Shown here piece by piece: positions 62,051-64,000 of a stretch of 64,000 nt of DNA (position 1 is its first letter; the number at the start of each line of letters is the position of its first letter). Source of the stretch: Sphyrna mokarran. Its lineage: Eukaryota. The notes under the pieces are model-generated. The model was given only the letters and a program-made list of their open reading frames with translations. It made no database searches and had not been told where the DNA came from. The translations under genes and the position numbers were made by a program. The stretch is from the NCBI GenBank assembly GCA_024679065.1, contig JAGIQG010000002.1, forward strand, positions 59,892,001 to 59,956,000, in the 5' to 3' direction.

Positions 62051-64000
62051 GGACCACTACAAGGACAATGGATAAATGTTTCCAAAAAAACTAAGTGTGT
62101 TTTCAATTAGGTTCTTAAATCAGTTTGGAATTATGGTTAATAGGTGGTCCTAATGTTATGTGTTAGTCATAGGAGTATCATTTGGCTATTCCCAGCAGAA
62201 TCCCATGCATATTTAGGATTCAAAAAGCACCATTAAGATGTTTTACAGGAGTAGTTAAGCTTCATGTACCTGGGAAGAATCTTGCTGCAAGATCTAATTT
62301 TTTGTGCACCGTAACCGTATTTGTAGGTCAGATATGCCCTGAAGAAAATATTTAATAAGGTTTTGTTCAACCAAGAGTCAAAACCACTTTACTCAGCCAC
62401 CACTTAAACAATTATGTTAATAATAACTGTTGGTTAGGAGCCTCATATGGAACAGCGAACCTAGGCTCGAAGAGGAAAAAAACTGATTCCTTTTCAAGGC
62501 CTATTTGCAACTGAAGATGATTCCGTATTCTATGCACAAATTAATTTATAAAATAGCATACATTAAACTATAGTTATGTTACATGTTTAGCAGGTTGAAC
62601 ATTAAGCGATTGGTAGGCCAGCAATGCAGGACTACTGTGCATGCGCCGATGGTGGGAAAAGGCCCTGCCCCCTGATTTTTTCATGCAAATCATGCTGGGG
62701 CACTGTGCAAAGCGTGTGAGAGATCCATTTTGAAAATCCTGCTTAAAACAAAACCACAGGGTTTACTCCAGTTTTTATGTGAATTTGGCACTTAGAATTT
62801 TTTCCATGTATCTTTTTACATCAGTCTATATGGGTGGTTCTCTTCCCCAGTCTCACATTAAACTTTGTCTGCCAAATACCCTTATATAACAAGTTAAAGT
62901 TGACAAGCTACCCATTGTAAATGCTCCCACCTTAACTTTGAGATCTTCTGACTTATTCTGAAATTACACGAATTTAATCACAAGCCAAAATGATTAACCA
63001 AGGTTCTAATATCCAGCCTGTGGAATCTATGGTTAATAATCACAGCATGGAAAACTACATCGATTATCTTGTTTCACCTTTTATTTAATTTCACTTTTTA
63101 TTATATTAAACTTATAAATCTCTTGAAATAACTTAGGGTAACTTATTTCAAATTTCAAAAGTTGTTCGTACTTCTGGGACCATGATGATTTGACAGATGT
63201 GAAATATTTTGTATCATAATTGACTAGACAGAGGCAAACTCCAAGCCTAAAAATTCCCGAATTGAGATTGTGAGGGTGGAAGCTGGTTGGGTCAGATTAT
63301 TTTGTGCCATTTCAAGTGTTGAAGGATCCTGTGTATGGTTTGCTTTATTTATGCAAAGACTTCATTTTAAGATATTTCTGCCTATGTAACTAACTCTGCT
63401 TAGCTTAAAAAATTAACTTGACTAATTTTAAAATTTGCAAGGCATGCTGGGTTAGCTAGAAATTGACTGCATTTTTGAAAAGCATAATGCAAGCAAAACA
63501 GTCTTTTTGTAAGTGAAACAAAGTTTTTTGTAAACAACATCTGCAAGGCCTCCAAGTTAGAGATAGCATGTGCAAAACATTTTCAATATCAAAGATAATG
63601 AAAGACATATATTGTAGTTTCAGCTTTGTGTCTGCAGTTCAGTTCAGTTTTGTTTATGAGTTGTGTTTGATCAGAATCTCTCTTTCCAGCTTTTCTTTTT
63701 CTGTTCACTTTTGTAATTATTTAACTTCAAGTTCTGTTCAGTAAAAGAAATTCATTTCAATATCATACCAATGCTGTCTTCATCTATTCTAAGAAATGAA
63801 TGGACCCTACCACGAGAATCTGCTGGACTTATCACACATCCCTTGGATTGGGTCATTTGAATATATGGTGTGTCATTCCAGCAGCGAACAGCAGAAGCAT
63901 CTAAGTGACTAAGGAGGAAGAATGTGTCGTGGTGCCAAACTGAAAAGGGGATTCAAATTCTGGATGGAACGAAAAAGACACATGGCTGGATGTTTCTCTG

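Overview
Repeat-dense vertebrate genomic DNA, most likely from a cartilaginous fish (shark). This is inferred from V-SINE/HE1-like SINEs, CR1 LINEs with (CTATGTT/CTATGACT)n tails, Penelope and Harbinger elements. It contains one 143-N assembly gap (29665-29807). No host protein-coding gene is recognisable, so the window looks intronic or intergenic. Almost every long ORF is a decayed transposable-element frame or its antisense shadow. Content: many CR1 LINE fragments (one ~3-kb copy spanning endonuclease to RT), a second Jockey-group LINE family with its partner SINE, Rex1/Babar- and RTE-type LINE pieces, two decayed Ty3/Gypsy pol regions plus solo-LTR-like pieces, three two-gene PIF/Harbinger relics (transposase plus a spliced Myb/SANT gene, convergent) with MITEs, several Penelope-like elements and a 23-bp minisatellite. 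The most notable signals are (i) minimal hammerhead-ribozyme motifs in the Penelope terminal repeats of two families, including short ORF-less inverted units carrying the motif on both strands; (ii) a position-conserved intron in Harbinger Myb/SANT genes; and (iii) one V-SINE core carrying two different LINE-derived tails. All family assignments come from motif recognition by eye, without database searches, and element boundaries are approximate.
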